From the NCBI GenBank assembly GCA_023261845.1, contig JALNJZ010000007.1, positions 1 to 62,009 on the forward strand: a stretch of DNA of 62,009 nucleotides. Reading direction: 5' to 3'. The DNA comes from Candidatus Terraquivivens tengchongensis (GTDB lineage: Archaea > Thermoproteota > Nitrososphaeria_A > Caldarchaeales > Wolframiiraptoraceae). This document shows positions 29,294 to 39,162 of this stretch, one piece after another; positions within the stretch are counted from its first letter, which is position 1, and every line of letters begins with the position of its first letter. A program made the translations under genes and the position numbers. Under the pieces are notes generated by a model that saw only the letters and a program-made list of their open reading frames with translations, did no database searches and was not told the origin of the DNA.

Positions 29294-30727
29294 ATGAGTG
29301 ATGCATACGAGCGGTTGCTTTCTTCGGTGGCATCCACAGCCGAGTTCATAGAAGAATGCATTAAAGAGGATAACCTTCTGTTACTAGTCTGCCATAACGA
29401 CGCGGACGCTTTGTCAGCTTGCGGCATAATGGTAGGCTCATTATGGAGGAGTGATGCAAGATTTCTGGCAAGGTCTGTCAATAGGGTTGATGAATTTTTT
29501 CAGCAATTGGATGAAGGTTCGGCAGAGGCTGATTGCATAATATTCCTTGACCTAGGTAGCGGGTACGTGAAGGAGATATACAATAAGGTTGGCGAGAAGA
29601 AGGTCGTTATTATCGATCATCATCAGCCGCAGAGCTTTGACATCCCTAAGTGCTACGTCCATTTAAACCCCCATTTTGAAGGATTAGAAGGTGCTACGCA
29701 TATAAGCGCCTCAGGCCTAGCTTACTTAGTCTCGAAGGCGCTTAGCGAAGATAACTATGTCTATTCCCCAATTGCCGTTGTAGGCGCTCTCGGCGACTTA
29801 CAGGATAAAGATAGTCAGAGGAGGCTGGGAAGTGTTAACGCAAAGATAGTCGAGGAAGGTGTTGAGAAGGGCCTCATACAGGTTACAGAGGATTTAATAC
29901 TCTTCGGCAGGAGTTTTAGGCCAATCCATGCAGCGCTTGCCAGCACCTCGAGCCCGTTCTTGCCAGGGCTAACCGGCAGGGAAGATGCATGTTATAGCTT
30001 AGTCACGTCGCTAGGTATAAAAGTAAAAGACGGCGATAGGTGGCGCGTGCTTGCCGACCTGACAGAAGAAGAGAAGTCGAAGCTTTACAACGGCATAATA
30101 TCGTTCCTTACATCAAAAGGGCTACCGGCCAGCAACATCGCCAAGGAGTTAATCGGCGCAGTCTACGAACTGACGGAGGAGGACAGGTGGACGTATCTAA
30201 GGGATGCTAGGGAGTTTGCATGGCTCTTGAACGCTTGTGGTAAGACTGGCAATGCTTGGGTGGGGATAGCGATAGCTGCAGGTGTTAGGGGAAACCTGCT
30301 GGAAGAAGCACAAAAACTCTTAGAGGATTACAGGACTCAAATGGCAAAGAACATGGAGCTCCTCACCAGACCTGAGGCTATAACAAGCATGGAGTATGCC
30401 TTGGTCTTCAACGGCGGAGATTTGATAGACGAAAGGCAGGTTAGCTCTCTAGCATCGCTCATCTCGTCTTCGGGAATGATACCACAAGACAAAGTCTTGA
30501 TAGCTTGGGCAAGACACGGAGACAGGGTTAAAGTATCAGCCAGGGCTAACAGGTCGCTGGTTGAAAGGGGCATCAATTTAGGAGGCATACTTTCAGATGT
30601 AGCTAATGCTGTAGGTGGCAGGGGTGGAGGCCATAACGTAGCCGCTGGAGCCGATTTGCCTGCAACTGCACTCGAGCAATTCCTGAAGGAGGTGGACAAG
30701 AGGATTGGGTCTCAGCTCGGATCTTGA
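29294..30727 (+). CDS. DHH-family RecJ-like phosphoesterase
   Basis: HNDADA, DLGS, IDHH, GDLQD and GGGHNVAAG; conserved rps15-DHH-pcc1-rps3ae order. Confidence 0.88.
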   Translation: MSDAYERLLSSVASTAEFIEECIKEDNLLLLVCHNDADALSACGIMVGSLWRSDARFLARSVNRVDEFFQQLDEGSAEADCIIFLDLGSGYVKEIYNKVGEKKVVIIDHHQPQSFDIPKCYVHLNPHFEGLEGATHISASGLAYLVSKALSEDNYVYSPIAVVGALGDLQDKDSQRRLGSVNAKIVEEGVEKGLIQVTEDLILFGRSFRPIHAALASTSSPFLPGLTGREDACYSLVTSLGIKVKDGDRWRVLADLTEEEKSKLYNGIISFLTSKGLPASNIAKELIGAVYELTEEDRWTYLRDAREFAWLLNACGKTGNAWVGIAIAAGVRGNLLEEAQKLLEDYRTQMAKNMELLTRPEAITSMEYALVFNGGDLIDERQVSSLASLISSSGMIPQDKVLIAWARHGDRVKVSARANRSLVERGINLGGILSDVANAVGGRGGGHNVAAGADLPATALEQFLKEVDKRIGSQLGS

Positions 30728-30989
30728 ACCTATCAAAGCAAAGTTGGAGGTTATCTACGATTCTGAAGAGGAGGCAAACATTGTCCTATCTGCACTATTG
30801 CCAGATAACGTGCCGCTTCCTGAAGGTCTAAGACTCTCGATGTATGTCGAGGAGTGTAAGCTCGTTTCGGAGATTGAATGCAAAAGACCCATATCGTCAC
30901 TTTTGAACACACTCGACGACATCCTATCTATGGCATCCCTTATAAAAAGGACTATCTTGGAAAGTAAGCGACTACAAAGCAAAGATTAA
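30705..30989 (+). CDS. KEOPS subunit Pcc1-like protein
   Basis: Small protein with LLPDN and SLLNTLDDIL motifs; conserved gene context. Confidence 0.7.
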   Translation: MGLSSDLEPIKAKLEVIYDSEEEANIVLSALLPDNVPLPEGLRLSMYVEECKLVSEIECKRPISSLLNTLDDILSMASLIKRTILESKRLQSKD

Positions 30990-31043
30990 TAAGTAAACCT
31001 TTCAGGGACAACGGACAGAGTGCGTATACAGAGGAGAGCCTAG

Positions 31044-31661
31044 TTGTCCAAAAAAGCAGGAGAAAAGACCAAGTATCCGATAACGGTGTATGCGCCGTCG
31101 TACTTCGGGGGACAGGAGATAGGCACGATACTCGCGACAGAAGACCCTAACCGAGTGATCGGTAGGGTAATAAGGACAGACCTGTATCAACTCACAGGCG
31201 ATCCGTCCAAACATTATCTGCTATTATACTTCAAAATAATTGGCGTCAAGGATTCCTCCGCTTCAACAATATTTTACGGTCATGAGTACGGAAGGGAATT
31301 CTTAAGAAGCTTGGTCAGAAGGGGTAGCAGAAAGATAGACGGTATTTTTGACGTCAAGACTAAAGACGGTTTCCACCTTAGGCTGACAGTTACGGCTTTC
31401 TCGGTGAATAGAATAAGGCGCGGTAAGGATAGGACTATAAGGCGCATAATGAAGGAAGTTGTGACCAAGGCTGGGGAGAGTTTAACGCTGGACCAACTTT
31501 CACAAGAGATGGTTTTGGGAAAGACAGCATCAGATATATTCAACCTGGCGAAGAAGATCACAGTATTGAGACATGTCGGCGTTGTCAAGTCTAAAGTCCT
31601 TAAGATTCCGGATTGGGTTTATTCCGGAGAAAAAGCGGAGGAGTTAAAGCAGGAGGTTTAA
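31044..31661 (+). CDS. rps3ae: 30S ribosomal protein eS1 (S3Ae)
   Basis: VYAPSYFG, VIGR, LRSLVRRGSRKID and VVKSKVL. Confidence 0.95.
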   Translation: MSKKAGEKTKYPITVYAPSYFGGQEIGTILATEDPNRVIGRVIRTDLYQLTGDPSKHYLLLYFKIIGVKDSSASTIFYGHEYGREFLRSLVRRGSRKIDGIFDVKTKDGFHLRLTVTAFSVNRIRRGKDRTIRRIMKEVVTKAGESLTLDQLSQEMVLGKTASDIFNLAKKITVLRHVGVVKSKVLKIPDWVYSGEKAEELKQEV

Positions 31662-31718
31662 AAGCGCCATCTAAAATGTTAAATTTAATGATGAATGCTT
31701 TTTTCTTGAAGGCTTGCC

Positions 31719-32363
31719 TTGATTAGGAAGCCCTTAGATAGAAGAGAAGGTAGATTGATGGTAGCTAGACAAGCGGCCATGCTGTTGTATGAAGGCGTTG
31801 CATCTGAATACAAAGAGGCAAAGGAGGTCGCCGCTGAGAACCTTGGGATAAATACCATGCCAAGTAATTACGAAGTAGCGATGGAACTAAGAAAATATGC
31901 AGAGGAGGTCGAGGGAGCGGCATTCGCCGAGAGGCTTAGGTCGATGAGAGAAGATGCTTTAGAGGTTATGAAGGCCCTGTCAGCATTCGCTCCAAGGCTT
32001 GTGGGTAGCGTTTGGCGGGGCGTGCTTACCCCAAGGAGCGACATAGACATAGAAGTTTACACAGAGGATTTGAACACGGTAATCTCAAAGTTGGAGGGTG
32101 TTGTAAGCAAAGTGTTGAGTTGGGAAGAGATAAACCTCCCAGAGCAGACGAGGCTCGGATCGCTTTATAGGATCAGGGCAAAATCAAAAAGAGGCTATGA
32201 TTTAGAGATATTAGTTAAGGAGCCAGGAACGCTTAAAAAGCCCGCTAGATGTGAAATATTTGGAGACCTAAAGAAGGGCCTAAACATTAATGAGTTGGAG
32301 GAGCTACTCATGAAAGAGCCGGAAGGTCTCAGGGTTCCAAAGGGCAGGGTGAGAACAGGATAA
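31719..32363 (+). CDS. Nucleotidyltransferase-domain protein
   Basis: GSVWRG...SDIDI Pol-beta-type motif. Confidence 0.75.
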   Translation: MIRKPLDRREGRLMVARQAAMLLYEGVASEYKEAKEVAAENLGINTMPSNYEVAMELRKYAEEVEGAAFAERLRSMREDALEVMKALSAFAPRLVGSVWRGVLTPRSDIDIEVYTEDLNTVISKLEGVVSKVLSWEEINLPEQTRLGSLYRIRAKSKRGYDLEILVKEPGTLKKPARCEIFGDLKKGLNINELEELLMKEPEGLRVPKGRVRTG

Positions 32364-32704
32364 TGGGCGAGTTTGATATCGAAGAGTTTAAGAAAATGTT
32401 CCCAAACCTTTACAGGGAAATCATCCAAAAGAAGATGTGTGTAAGGATAGATGCTCAAAGAGATTCTGAGAAGAGGGCGGAGGAAGCGATGAATGTGTTG
32501 CATGGTGGCCTTCCAGGACCCGTTGACTACATAAGGCGTTGCGATACCGATGAGGAGGCCATAAAACTCGTTGACTACCTAGAGTCAAGGGGAGAAGTCA
32601 CAAAAGAGGAGGCAGATAGGTTGAAGAGGCAAATAACGGAAATGGGCGTTAGGAGTTTTGGACCAAAGAAAGAACTGGGCTACTACTCAAAATTCATCCG
32701 TTAA
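32363..32704 (+). CDS. DUF2095-family protein
   Basis: EEFKKMFPNL, DYIRRCDT and GVRSFG..K..GYY motifs. Confidence 0.8.
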   Translation: MGEFDIEEFKKMFPNLYREIIQKKMCVRIDAQRDSEKRAEEAMNVLHGGLPGPVDYIRRCDTDEEAIKLVDYLESRGEVTKEEADRLKRQITEMGVRSFGPKKELGYYSKFIR

Positions 32705-33909
32705 CCACGCTTCGTTGTTGCCACGATTGAAACGACATCCCTGCCCTTAAGCTGATATTTTTCTCCAAGCCTTAGTTTCGTCCTTACGTCTATTGCGTAG
32801 AGAAATCCTTTGCCGAGTTCGCTATGAATTTTGTAAGCTAGATCTCTTACAGTCGATCCCTTCGGCAGGAGGTATACATCGGGTAACACATTCCCATTCT
32901 TGTCGGAAAGTCTTTCAGCATCTTCAACGGGGTAGACGGGTATGTAACCGAGAACATCAAAGTAGGCCGTGTTGATGAGTTGCTGGACACCAGTGTTTCC
33001 CCACCGTGCTAATACGTGAGTCTCTATCATATCTAGTGCCTTCTTCTGCTGCGGCGTCAACCTTGAAGGGTCTAAGATTTTGAACGTTGCATCACCAGCC
33101 ATGTAGTGCACAAGACCTCTTTCTGCGGCAATCCTTAGTATCCTCTCAGCTTCTGCGCTACAGGGTATAACTCTGTAACCAGCAGATCTCAACCTTTCAA
33201 CACCTTTCTCGGCACCTTCTATGTCTATCTTGTTCGCGGCTACGATTATTGGTTTTGAAAGCGCTCGTAGCTCGCTTGCCAACTTGAATATGTCTTGTCT
33301 GTTAAACTTAGATGGTGCATAAGGATTAAGTCCCAAAGATTGTAGCGTCTGTTCAATATGGCTAGGCATGATGCCCAATCCTGAGAGCTTATTGGATAGC
33401 TCCTCGACCAGCGTGGACTGTTTGTTCTCGACCACCCTGCATATCCTGCTCCAATCCTTCTCTATTATTCCAGCAATCCAAAAGGACAGCTCCTCCTCAA
33501 CTATTTTGACATCTTCTACAGGGTCGTGCGTTCCGGGCTCGACAGGCCTGCCATCTATATCTGTCGCGCCGGCCGCATCGCATACCACTATAAGGGCGCT
33601 TGCCTGTCTTATATCATCCAAGAATTGTAGGCCCAATCCCTTTCCGATATGAGCGTCCTTTACTATTCCCGGACAGTCGATTACCTGGATCGGTATAAAC
33701 CTCACACCGTTGATGCATAACGAGTTTTTTGGATTGTCCTTTACACCAAATTCTTTACAAACACATTCTATCCTGAGGTGTGTTATGCCGACGTTTGGCT
33801 TAGTTGTCGTGAATGGGTAATTGGCTATCTGCACAGGTACTAAGGTCATTGCGGAGAAGAGCGTGCTTTTGCCAGTGTTTGGCTTACCGACAATGCCCGC
33901 TAGCTCCAA
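32701..33909 (-). CDS. ychF: YchF/OBG-family ATPase/GTPase with TGS domain
   Basis: GKPNTGKST, NYPFTT, DCPG, ANKID and C-terminal TGS. Confidence 0.9.
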   Translation of the reverse strand: MELAGIVGKPNTGKSTLFSAMTLVPVQIANYPFTTTKPNVGITHLRIECVCKEFGVKDNPKNSLCINGVRFIPIQVIDCPGIVKDAHIGKGLGLQFLDDIRQASALIVVCDAAGATDIDGRPVEPGTHDPVEDVKIVEEELSFWIAGIIEKDWSRICRVVENKQSTLVEELSNKLSGLGIMPSHIEQTLQSLGLNPYAPSKFNRQDIFKLASELRALSKPIIVAANKIDIEGAEKGVERLRSAGYRVIPCSAEAERILRIAAERGLVHYMAGDATFKILDPSRLTPQQKKALDMIETHVLARWGNTGVQQLINTAYFDVLGYIPVYPVEDAERLSDKNGNVLPDVYLLPKGSTVRDLAYKIHSELGKGFLYAIDVRTKLRLGEKYQLKGRDVVSIVATTKRG

Positions 33910-33982
33910 ACTTCACACCCTTTCAGAATCGAATACATTTAACGGTTATCCATGTTACTTTAAAACATTACTACATCATGCA

Positions 33983-34651
33983 TTAGAGCCCTAGGACTGC
34001 GGATATTGTCATAAGCTCCGGACCCGTGGTCCTAGAACCCACAACAGCACCTAACGACGTGGCCACTATACCGCTTCTTACGAATGGTACACCGTCGTTT
34101 ACAGTACATGGTTTACATGGAACCTTTAGTACGCTTCTTACGAGTTCTTCATCTTCTTCAGTGCATTCTATATGGATCACCGCACCAATGTTAGTAGCTA
34201 CGGATATTGAACCGACATACGGTCTTCCTGCAAGCCTTGCTTGCACAACTTCTACATCCAACACGTCTCTAATTTTCGCAACCTCCTCCTTCGTGAATTC
34301 CGGGCTCACTATTGCGCCCTTGTCGTTTGCTAGTATCAAATTCCCGACCGCCGTCAACTTGCTGTTCAAAATGTCCACCCGTATGTTATCCAGTTCTTTT
34401 TTAATAGTATCGACTTCTTCATCAAACGCTATGGATGAAACGAGCATGCCGTTAGAGTTGCCGGTGAGAAGGGCACCTATCAAGTAGGTACCGCCTATTG
34501 TTGTGGGGATGACCTTTACGTTTAAAACCCTCGATATTGTCGCAATCTTCTTCTTCGTCAATTGAACAGGAACGATTGCATATTTATCAGATGCGAAAGA
34601 GAGGACGCCGACCTCGGCCGTCCCGAAGAAGTCCTCCATTATTATAGCCAT
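33983..34651 (-). CDS. eif6: Translation initiation factor 6
   Basis: GNSNG, GNLILANDKGA and TTGPEL; follows rpl31e. Confidence 0.93.
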   Translation of the reverse strand: MAIIMEDFFGTAEVGVLSFASDKYAIVPVQLTKKKIATISRVLNVKVIPTTIGGTYLIGALLTGNSNGMLVSSIAFDEEVDTIKKELDNIRVDILNSKLTAVGNLILANDKGAIVSPEFTKEEVAKIRDVLDVEVVQARLAGRPYVGSISVATNIGAVIHIECTEEDEELVRSVLKVPCKPCTVNDGVPFVRSGIVATSLGAVVGSRTTGPELMTISAVLGL

Positions 34652-34658
34652 TTCTGCC

Positions 34659-34934
34659 TCATTCCGTCCCCTCTTCCTTGGGCAGGGATATTGTCACGAC
34701 ACCATCCTCGTCCTTTTCCATGAGAACCCTTATCCTTCTCGGAGGTTTTTGTATGCTCCTTTCCCATATAAGCTCGTTTACCTCACCCGAAATCTTCACC
34801 CTATCTGACTTCATATGTCTTGCTGCAAAGTTCTTAAGCAAATTTATCGCCCTTTCCGCCCTCTTCTTTCTAGAGGTTTTCCATGCTTCCCTTAAGGGTA
34901 CCGTGTATATTCTCGAGACGACGGCCTTGGCCAT
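34659..34934 (-). CDS. rpl31e: 50S ribosomal protein eL31
   Basis: IYTVPLR, RAERA, RHMK and IWERSIQKPPRRIRV. Confidence 0.95.
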   Translation of the reverse strand: MAKAVVSRIYTVPLREAWKTSRKKRAERAINLLKNFAARHMKSDRVKISGEVNELIWERSIQKPPRRIRVLMEKDEDGVVTISLPKEEGTE

Positions 34935-35006
34935 AGTAGAACACCGTTCTCTGCTATGAAAGGTTTTGAAGGGTGCCTATATTTAGGCTTAAAAATTAAC
35001 AAGAGC

Positions 35007-35156
35007 CTATGGTTTTATCCTTGAAGCTCTCCAGTGCCTCCTTCTCGCATGCGTCCTAACTTTGCGTGCCGTTCTTAGCATAACCCACGAAGGCACTGGC
35101 CAGCTTCTCTTCATGGCCCTTGCCAACCTTTTCTTGAGGGGTAATGTCCTCGCCAT
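35007..35156 (-). CDS. rpl39e: 50S ribosomal protein eL39 (below the ORF-track length cutoff)
   Basis: Manual translation [49 protein letters not shown]; sits upstream of rpl31e. Confidence 0.93.
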   Translation of the reverse strand: MARTLPLKKRLARAMKRSWPVPSWVMLRTARKVRTHARRRHWRASRIKP

Positions 35157-35201
35157 GTCAGGTCAATCTTTGAACGACCCTCCATTATTTGTGCGTTGCG
35201 T

Positions 35202-35531
35202 CTATATCCTTTCTATCTTTGTTTCCCTCTTCTTCGGTAAAACCCTTTCCAGTATCGCCTTTACATCCTCGTCCGTGATAGGCGTTCTTACCCTACCTTC
35301 ATTTACGAGCCTTATCAATAACTCTTCTACGGCACCGACCACTTCTGGCCTCACGAGCTTGAGATTAGCCAGTCTTTGGCGCGCCTCCGGTGTTAGTATC
35401 AACCTCATGGCAGCAGCCCTTTCTGCCTCCCTTTGCCTTCTTGCCTGCTCTTCCGCTATCTTTGCTTGGAGCTCTGCCATCTTTTGCTGCCTTATTCGTT
35501 CGAGCTCTTCGTCGTACGACATGGTTTTCAC
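35202..35531 (-). CDS. PDCD5/TFAR19-family DNA-binding protein
   Basis: DEELERIR and ILTPEARQRLANLKLVRPE. Confidence 0.92.
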   Translation of the reverse strand: MKTMSYDEELERIRQQKMAELQAKIAEEQARRQREAERAAAMRLILTPEARQRLANLKLVRPEVVGAVEELLIRLVNEGRVRTPITDEDVKAILERVLPKKRETKIERI

Positions 35532-35609
35532 CCCTCTAGACTTCTGAATAAAATTTTCAGACGAGATAACTTAAACATTGCTTTAAAATTTAGAATATCA
35601 AAAGCACCT

Positions 35610-36038
35610 CTAACCCTTTAGGAGAACCCTTGTCGCCTCTTCGAGCAACTCCCTGCCCTTAGCGGTCACTACCCTGCCTTTCTTCCCTTCTTTCGTTATA
35701 AGGCCAGCCGCCTCCAACTGTTGAAGGGCCTTTCTGATAATACTGCCGCTGCCTTTCGCGAACGCCGGAGGTCTGTACCCCCTTCTATGCCTGCCACCGT
35801 ACATAGTCCTAAGTCTGGAAACTCCTATCGGTCCTTTTAGGTAAATCTTTCGTAAGATTGCAGCACACCTGACGTACCACCAGTCTGGGTCGGATGGTGG
35901 CCTTTCCTTATGTACGCCGGTCTTAACGAAGGCGGCCCATGGAGGTGGCTTTACGAGTTGTGCCTCCTTCAAGTATGCGGCCACTTTCTTTATGAGCTTC
36001 TCTGGATTCACAGCCAATACCTGCAACATATCATACAC
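35610..36038 (-). CDS. rps19e: 30S ribosomal protein eS19
   Basis: VKTGVHKERPP, WWYVRCAAILR and GSGSIIRKALQQLE. Confidence 0.97.
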   Translation of the reverse strand: MYDMLQVLAVNPEKLIKKVAAYLKEAQLVKPPPWAAFVKTGVHKERPPSDPDWWYVRCAAILRKIYLKGPIGVSRLRTMYGGRHRRGYRPPAFAKGSGSIIRKALQQLEAAGLITKEGKKGRVVTAKGRELLEEATRVLLKG

Positions 36039-36056
36039 CTTTCTCTTAAACTTTCA

Positions 36057-36395
36057 CTAAGGCTTTTGAACGGCCGACCTTATGTGTTTTTCTTTGAAAG
36101 CAGGGTATCTTCTCATCCATCCGCATTTCAGACACCTCACAACGACATGCGTGCTCCTTCTGTCCCTAATCCTGACGGAGAACGAGCATGGTTCTAGAAA
36201 CAGGTTACCACATTTTCTACAGAACATCAGTTTATATGGTTTTGGAATTCTCAGCCTAGCCCTTTGGGCTATCCTTCTGGCGATGGACACGGCCTCCCTT
36301 GCAGCTTCCGGGTCTGACTGTACGTAGGCTTTTGCGAACTCGAACAACCTTTCCACCCTATCACGCGCTATCGATTTGAGCAAACGGTTCTTCAT
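36057..36395 (-). CDS. rnp4: Ribonuclease P protein component 4 (Rpp21)
   Basis: IARDRVERLF, CRKC and CLKC zinc ribbon; start trimmed to ATG at 36395. Confidence 0.88.
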   Translation of the reverse strand: MKNRLLKSIARDRVERLFEFAKAYVQSDPEAAREAVSIARRIAQRARLRIPKPYKLMFCRKCGNLFLEPCSFSVRIRDRRSTHVVVRCLKCGWMRRYPAFKEKHIRSAVQKP

Positions 36396-36510
36396 GAACG
36401 CATCTTTACACCATTTGTTTTCTTTAATTAAAGTTATTGCCCTTCGTGAACAAAGGAACAAAAAGTTTTTCAGACATTAGAATAGATTATAGCATACCGG
36501 TTGGAAGGTC

Positions 36511-37197
36511 GTGGATTTTGTAAAACTAATCTTGGTTTTCGTGGAAGCGGCCCTCGAACTCGTCCCAAAAGAATGCTGGAACCATAGGGCAGTAGTATCT
36601 GATGCGAGAAGAAGGAATAAAAGACCAGATCAGCTGTTACTTGATAGGTCGTATCATCATGCAGCAATGAAGAACTTAGTTGATGCGCATAAACGGGGAA
36701 GGCCTGACATAGTGCATTTTTGCCTACTGACATCCTTGGGCTCTGTTCTTTCCAAGATGGGTCTTTTAGAAGTTTACGTACACACAAGAGACGATAAGCT
36801 GATTTGGGTAAATCCTGAGACGAGGTTGCCTAGGGTTTACGAAAGGTTTAAAGGCCTTATTGAGGCTTTATACGAACAGTGCATCATAGAGTCGAACGGT
36901 AAGAAATTGCTCGAACTTAAGGACGGTACTTTAACAGATTTGCTGTCCACTTTAAGGCCTGACAAGGTGGTTCTCATGAGCGAAAAAGGCAATAGGCTGA
37001 CAATGAAAGAACTCGGCATGTTGTTGACCTCTTACAAGAGACCCGCAGTTCTCGTAGGAGCTTTTCCAAGAGGCGAGTTTGAGGAACGGACGGTTAAGGT
37101 AGCCAACGCGATTGTACGTATTTATGACGAGTCTTTGGAAGCATGGACTGTTACATCTTATGTAATTTGTTCTTTGGAGCATATGCTTGGCTGCTGA
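36511..37197 (+). CDS. nep1: Nep1/EMG1 16S rRNA pseudouridine methyltransferase
   Basis: EAALELVP, RGRPDIVH, RLPR and GAFPRG motifs. Confidence 0.92.
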   Translation: MDFVKLILVFVEAALELVPKECWNHRAVVSDARRRNKRPDQLLLDRSYHHAAMKNLVDAHKRGRPDIVHFCLLTSLGSVLSKMGLLEVYVHTRDDKLIWVNPETRLPRVYERFKGLIEALYEQCIIESNGKKLLELKDGTLTDLLSTLRPDKVVLMSEKGNRLTMKELGMLLTSYKRPAVLVGAFPRGEFEERTVKVANAIVRIYDESLEAWTVTSYVICSLEHMLGC

Positions 37198-37235
37198 CAG
37201 TATGGGTTTATTTCCTAGAAGCCCAATGTAGTTTT

Positions 37236-37904
37236 ATGATTAGCAGGAAAAGGCTGGCGGAACTAATAGACCACACAGACGTAAGGCCAACAGCCACGGA
37301 CGCCGACATAAGGAGGCTCTGCGATGAAGCTATTAAGTATGGTTTTCGTGCAATATGTGTTCAGCCGTGCTTTGTGAAGTTAGCATCCAGATTGCTCGCC
37401 AACGACAGCAGAGTTAAGGTTTGTACCGTCGTAGGCTTTCCTTTTGGAACGAACGTCACAGATGTGAAGGTGTTCGAGGCGAAAAAGGCAATAGATGATG
37501 GCGCAGAAGAGCTAGATGTTGTAATGAACATAAGCATGGTAAAGTCTGGAAACTACGCTTACGTTGAGGAGGAATTGAATAGGCTCATGGATGTTGCGGC
37601 AGGCACCGTCATCAAGCTAATAATCGAGACAGGGTACCTGACAGTCGAAGAGATGGGCAAGATATGTGACATCGCCATAAGGGCTGGAGTGGATTATGTG
37701 AAGACATGTACGGGCTTTGGACCTAGGGGCGTATCTTTAGAGGATGTGGAATTGATAAAAAAGCTCACAAAGGGTAAAGTGGGCATAAAGGCCTCAGGAG
37801 GTATAAGAACCTACGAGCAGGCGATTTCGTTGATTAACGCAGGTGCCACGATTCTTGGAACGAGCCATAGCTTGAAAGTACTGGAGGGTGCACCATTAGA
37901 GTAA
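37236..37904 (+). CDS. deoC: Deoxyribose-phosphate aldolase
   Basis: IDHT, VGFPFG, ELDVV, KLIIE, VKTCTGF and KASGGIR; start trimmed to ATG at 37236. Confidence 0.93.
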   Translation: MISRKRLAELIDHTDVRPTATDADIRRLCDEAIKYGFRAICVQPCFVKLASRLLANDSRVKVCTVVGFPFGTNVTDVKVFEAKKAIDDGAEELDVVMNISMVKSGNYAYVEEELNRLMDVAAGTVIKLIIETGYLTVEEMGKICDIAIRAGVDYVKTCTGFGPRGVSLEDVELIKKLTKGKVGIKASGGIRTYEQAISLINAGATILGTSHSLKVLEGAPLE

Positions 37905-37915
37905 TGCAAGTTGGT

Positions 37916-38008
37916 TGCGGCGGCCGGGATTCGAACCCGGGATTTCAGGCTTGGAAGGCTTACGCCGAATGCTCGACTGCGTCCTAGTCCAGACTAGACC
38001 ACCGCCGC
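37916..38008 (-). tRNA. tRNA-Gly(TCC) with a 17-nt intron (37960-37976) at position 29/30
   Basis: Acceptor stem GCGGCGG/CCGCCGC and T-loop GTTCGAATC. Removing TCGAGCATTCGGCGTAA restores the anticodon arm CAGGC-CTTCCAA-GCCTG, and the junctions form a bulge-helix-bulge. Confidence 0.93.
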
Positions 38009-38169
38009 AGTTAATACAAAACCTATATTACTCTTCATCATTTAAAAATTTCATGAGACGTTAATAAAGGCTTAAACACCGAACTGATTAGAAAACATTT
38101 AGCCAGTATTAAAGTCTTAAATATCCTGCTACCTCAGTTATCCAATAAAGGAAGGGGAAGGGTGTATTT

Positions 38170-39066
38170 TTGAAAGTTAGTTCGGCTGTTTCCAAAACCG
38201 TCTCTATTTTGATAGCGGTTGTAATTGTAATCCTCGTGATAACAGGCATAGCTTACTACATGGCTGCACCCGTTACAACCCCCACGCCTTCACCCACCAC
38301 CATAACTACACCCACAAGCCCTGTTACGGTCACAACCGAAACCATGACGACACCAACGCAAACTATGACGACGCAGACACAAATTACAACAACAGAGGCT
38401 ACGCAAACTCGGACTGAAGCGACTACTACAACGACACTTACAAGTCCTACCATGACCACAGTTACGACGACACAGACACAAACCCGAACCGAAATGACGA
38501 CAACCGTTACCACGCCGAGTATCAGCCCGATAGTCAACCTAAGAACAGGATCTTATGCAAAGTACCTTCAGAAGGCTTACACGGAAGAGGGGGTACTTGA
38601 AGCGGAGGCGTACATAACGTTCCGTGTTGAGGGGGAGGAGACATACAATAACGTGAACTGCTTGCTTCTATCAACAACTGTAGAAACCCAAAAGGACAAC
38701 GTTATGATGAAAAGTATCATCACGTGGTGGTTATCTAAACAAGATCTAAAGATGGTACATGGCAAGATGCAGATTTATTATAACAATATGCTAGTGTATG
38801 AAAGTGAGTTCTCACCTTTAGAGGTAACAGAAGAGGCTGGTAAACCTCCAGAGCCTATAGATGTGAACTACTTTGTTGGTTACGAGACTATAACGGTTCC
38901 AGCAGGTACATTTATAAACTGTATAAAAGTTGAATTCTTCAAAGAAGAATATCTTATGAAGACCTGGGCGCACCAAAATGTTCCCATCTTCGGCATAGTA
39001 AAATCTGAGACATATAAAGTAGGAAAGTTGATGATGCTTATGGAGCTAATATCTTACGGCGGTTAG
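38170..39066 (+). CDS. Membrane-anchored/secreted protein with a Thr/Pro-rich linker and a C-terminal beta domain
   Basis: N-terminal hydrophobic helix, long Thr-rich stretch, E-T-I-T-V-P-A-G-T-F motif. Confidence 0.8.
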   Translation: MKVSSAVSKTVSILIAVVIVILVITGIAYYMAAPVTTPTPSPTTITTPTSPVTVTTETMTTPTQTMTTQTQITTTEATQTRTEATTTTTLTSPTMTTVTTTQTQTRTEMTTTVTTPSISPIVNLRTGSYAKYLQKAYTEEGVLEAEAYITFRVEGEETYNNVNCLLLSTTVETQKDNVMMKSIITWWLSKQDLKMVHGKMQIYYNNMLVYESEFSPLEVTEEAGKPPEPIDVNYFVGYETITVPAGTFINCIKVEFFKEEYLMKTWAHQNVPIFGIVKSETYKVGKLMMLMELISYGG

Positions 39067-39162
39067 AACCTTTGAACAATTAATCAAAGCTACACTTAAA
39101 AAATAGACCAAACTTAAATCCTACTCTTTTTTTAAAGAAATTAACTTAAGGGGGCACGTATC

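Noticed and set aside
31688-31740. ATGATGA followed by TTGA, a possible C/D sRNA
   Set aside because: No D box CTGA at the expected distance and no terminal stem; it overlaps the next gene start
38270-38520. Repetitive ACN-rich DNA considered as a CRISPR array or tandem repeat
   Set aside because: Explained by Thr codons; no constant repeat-spacer structure and no cas genes
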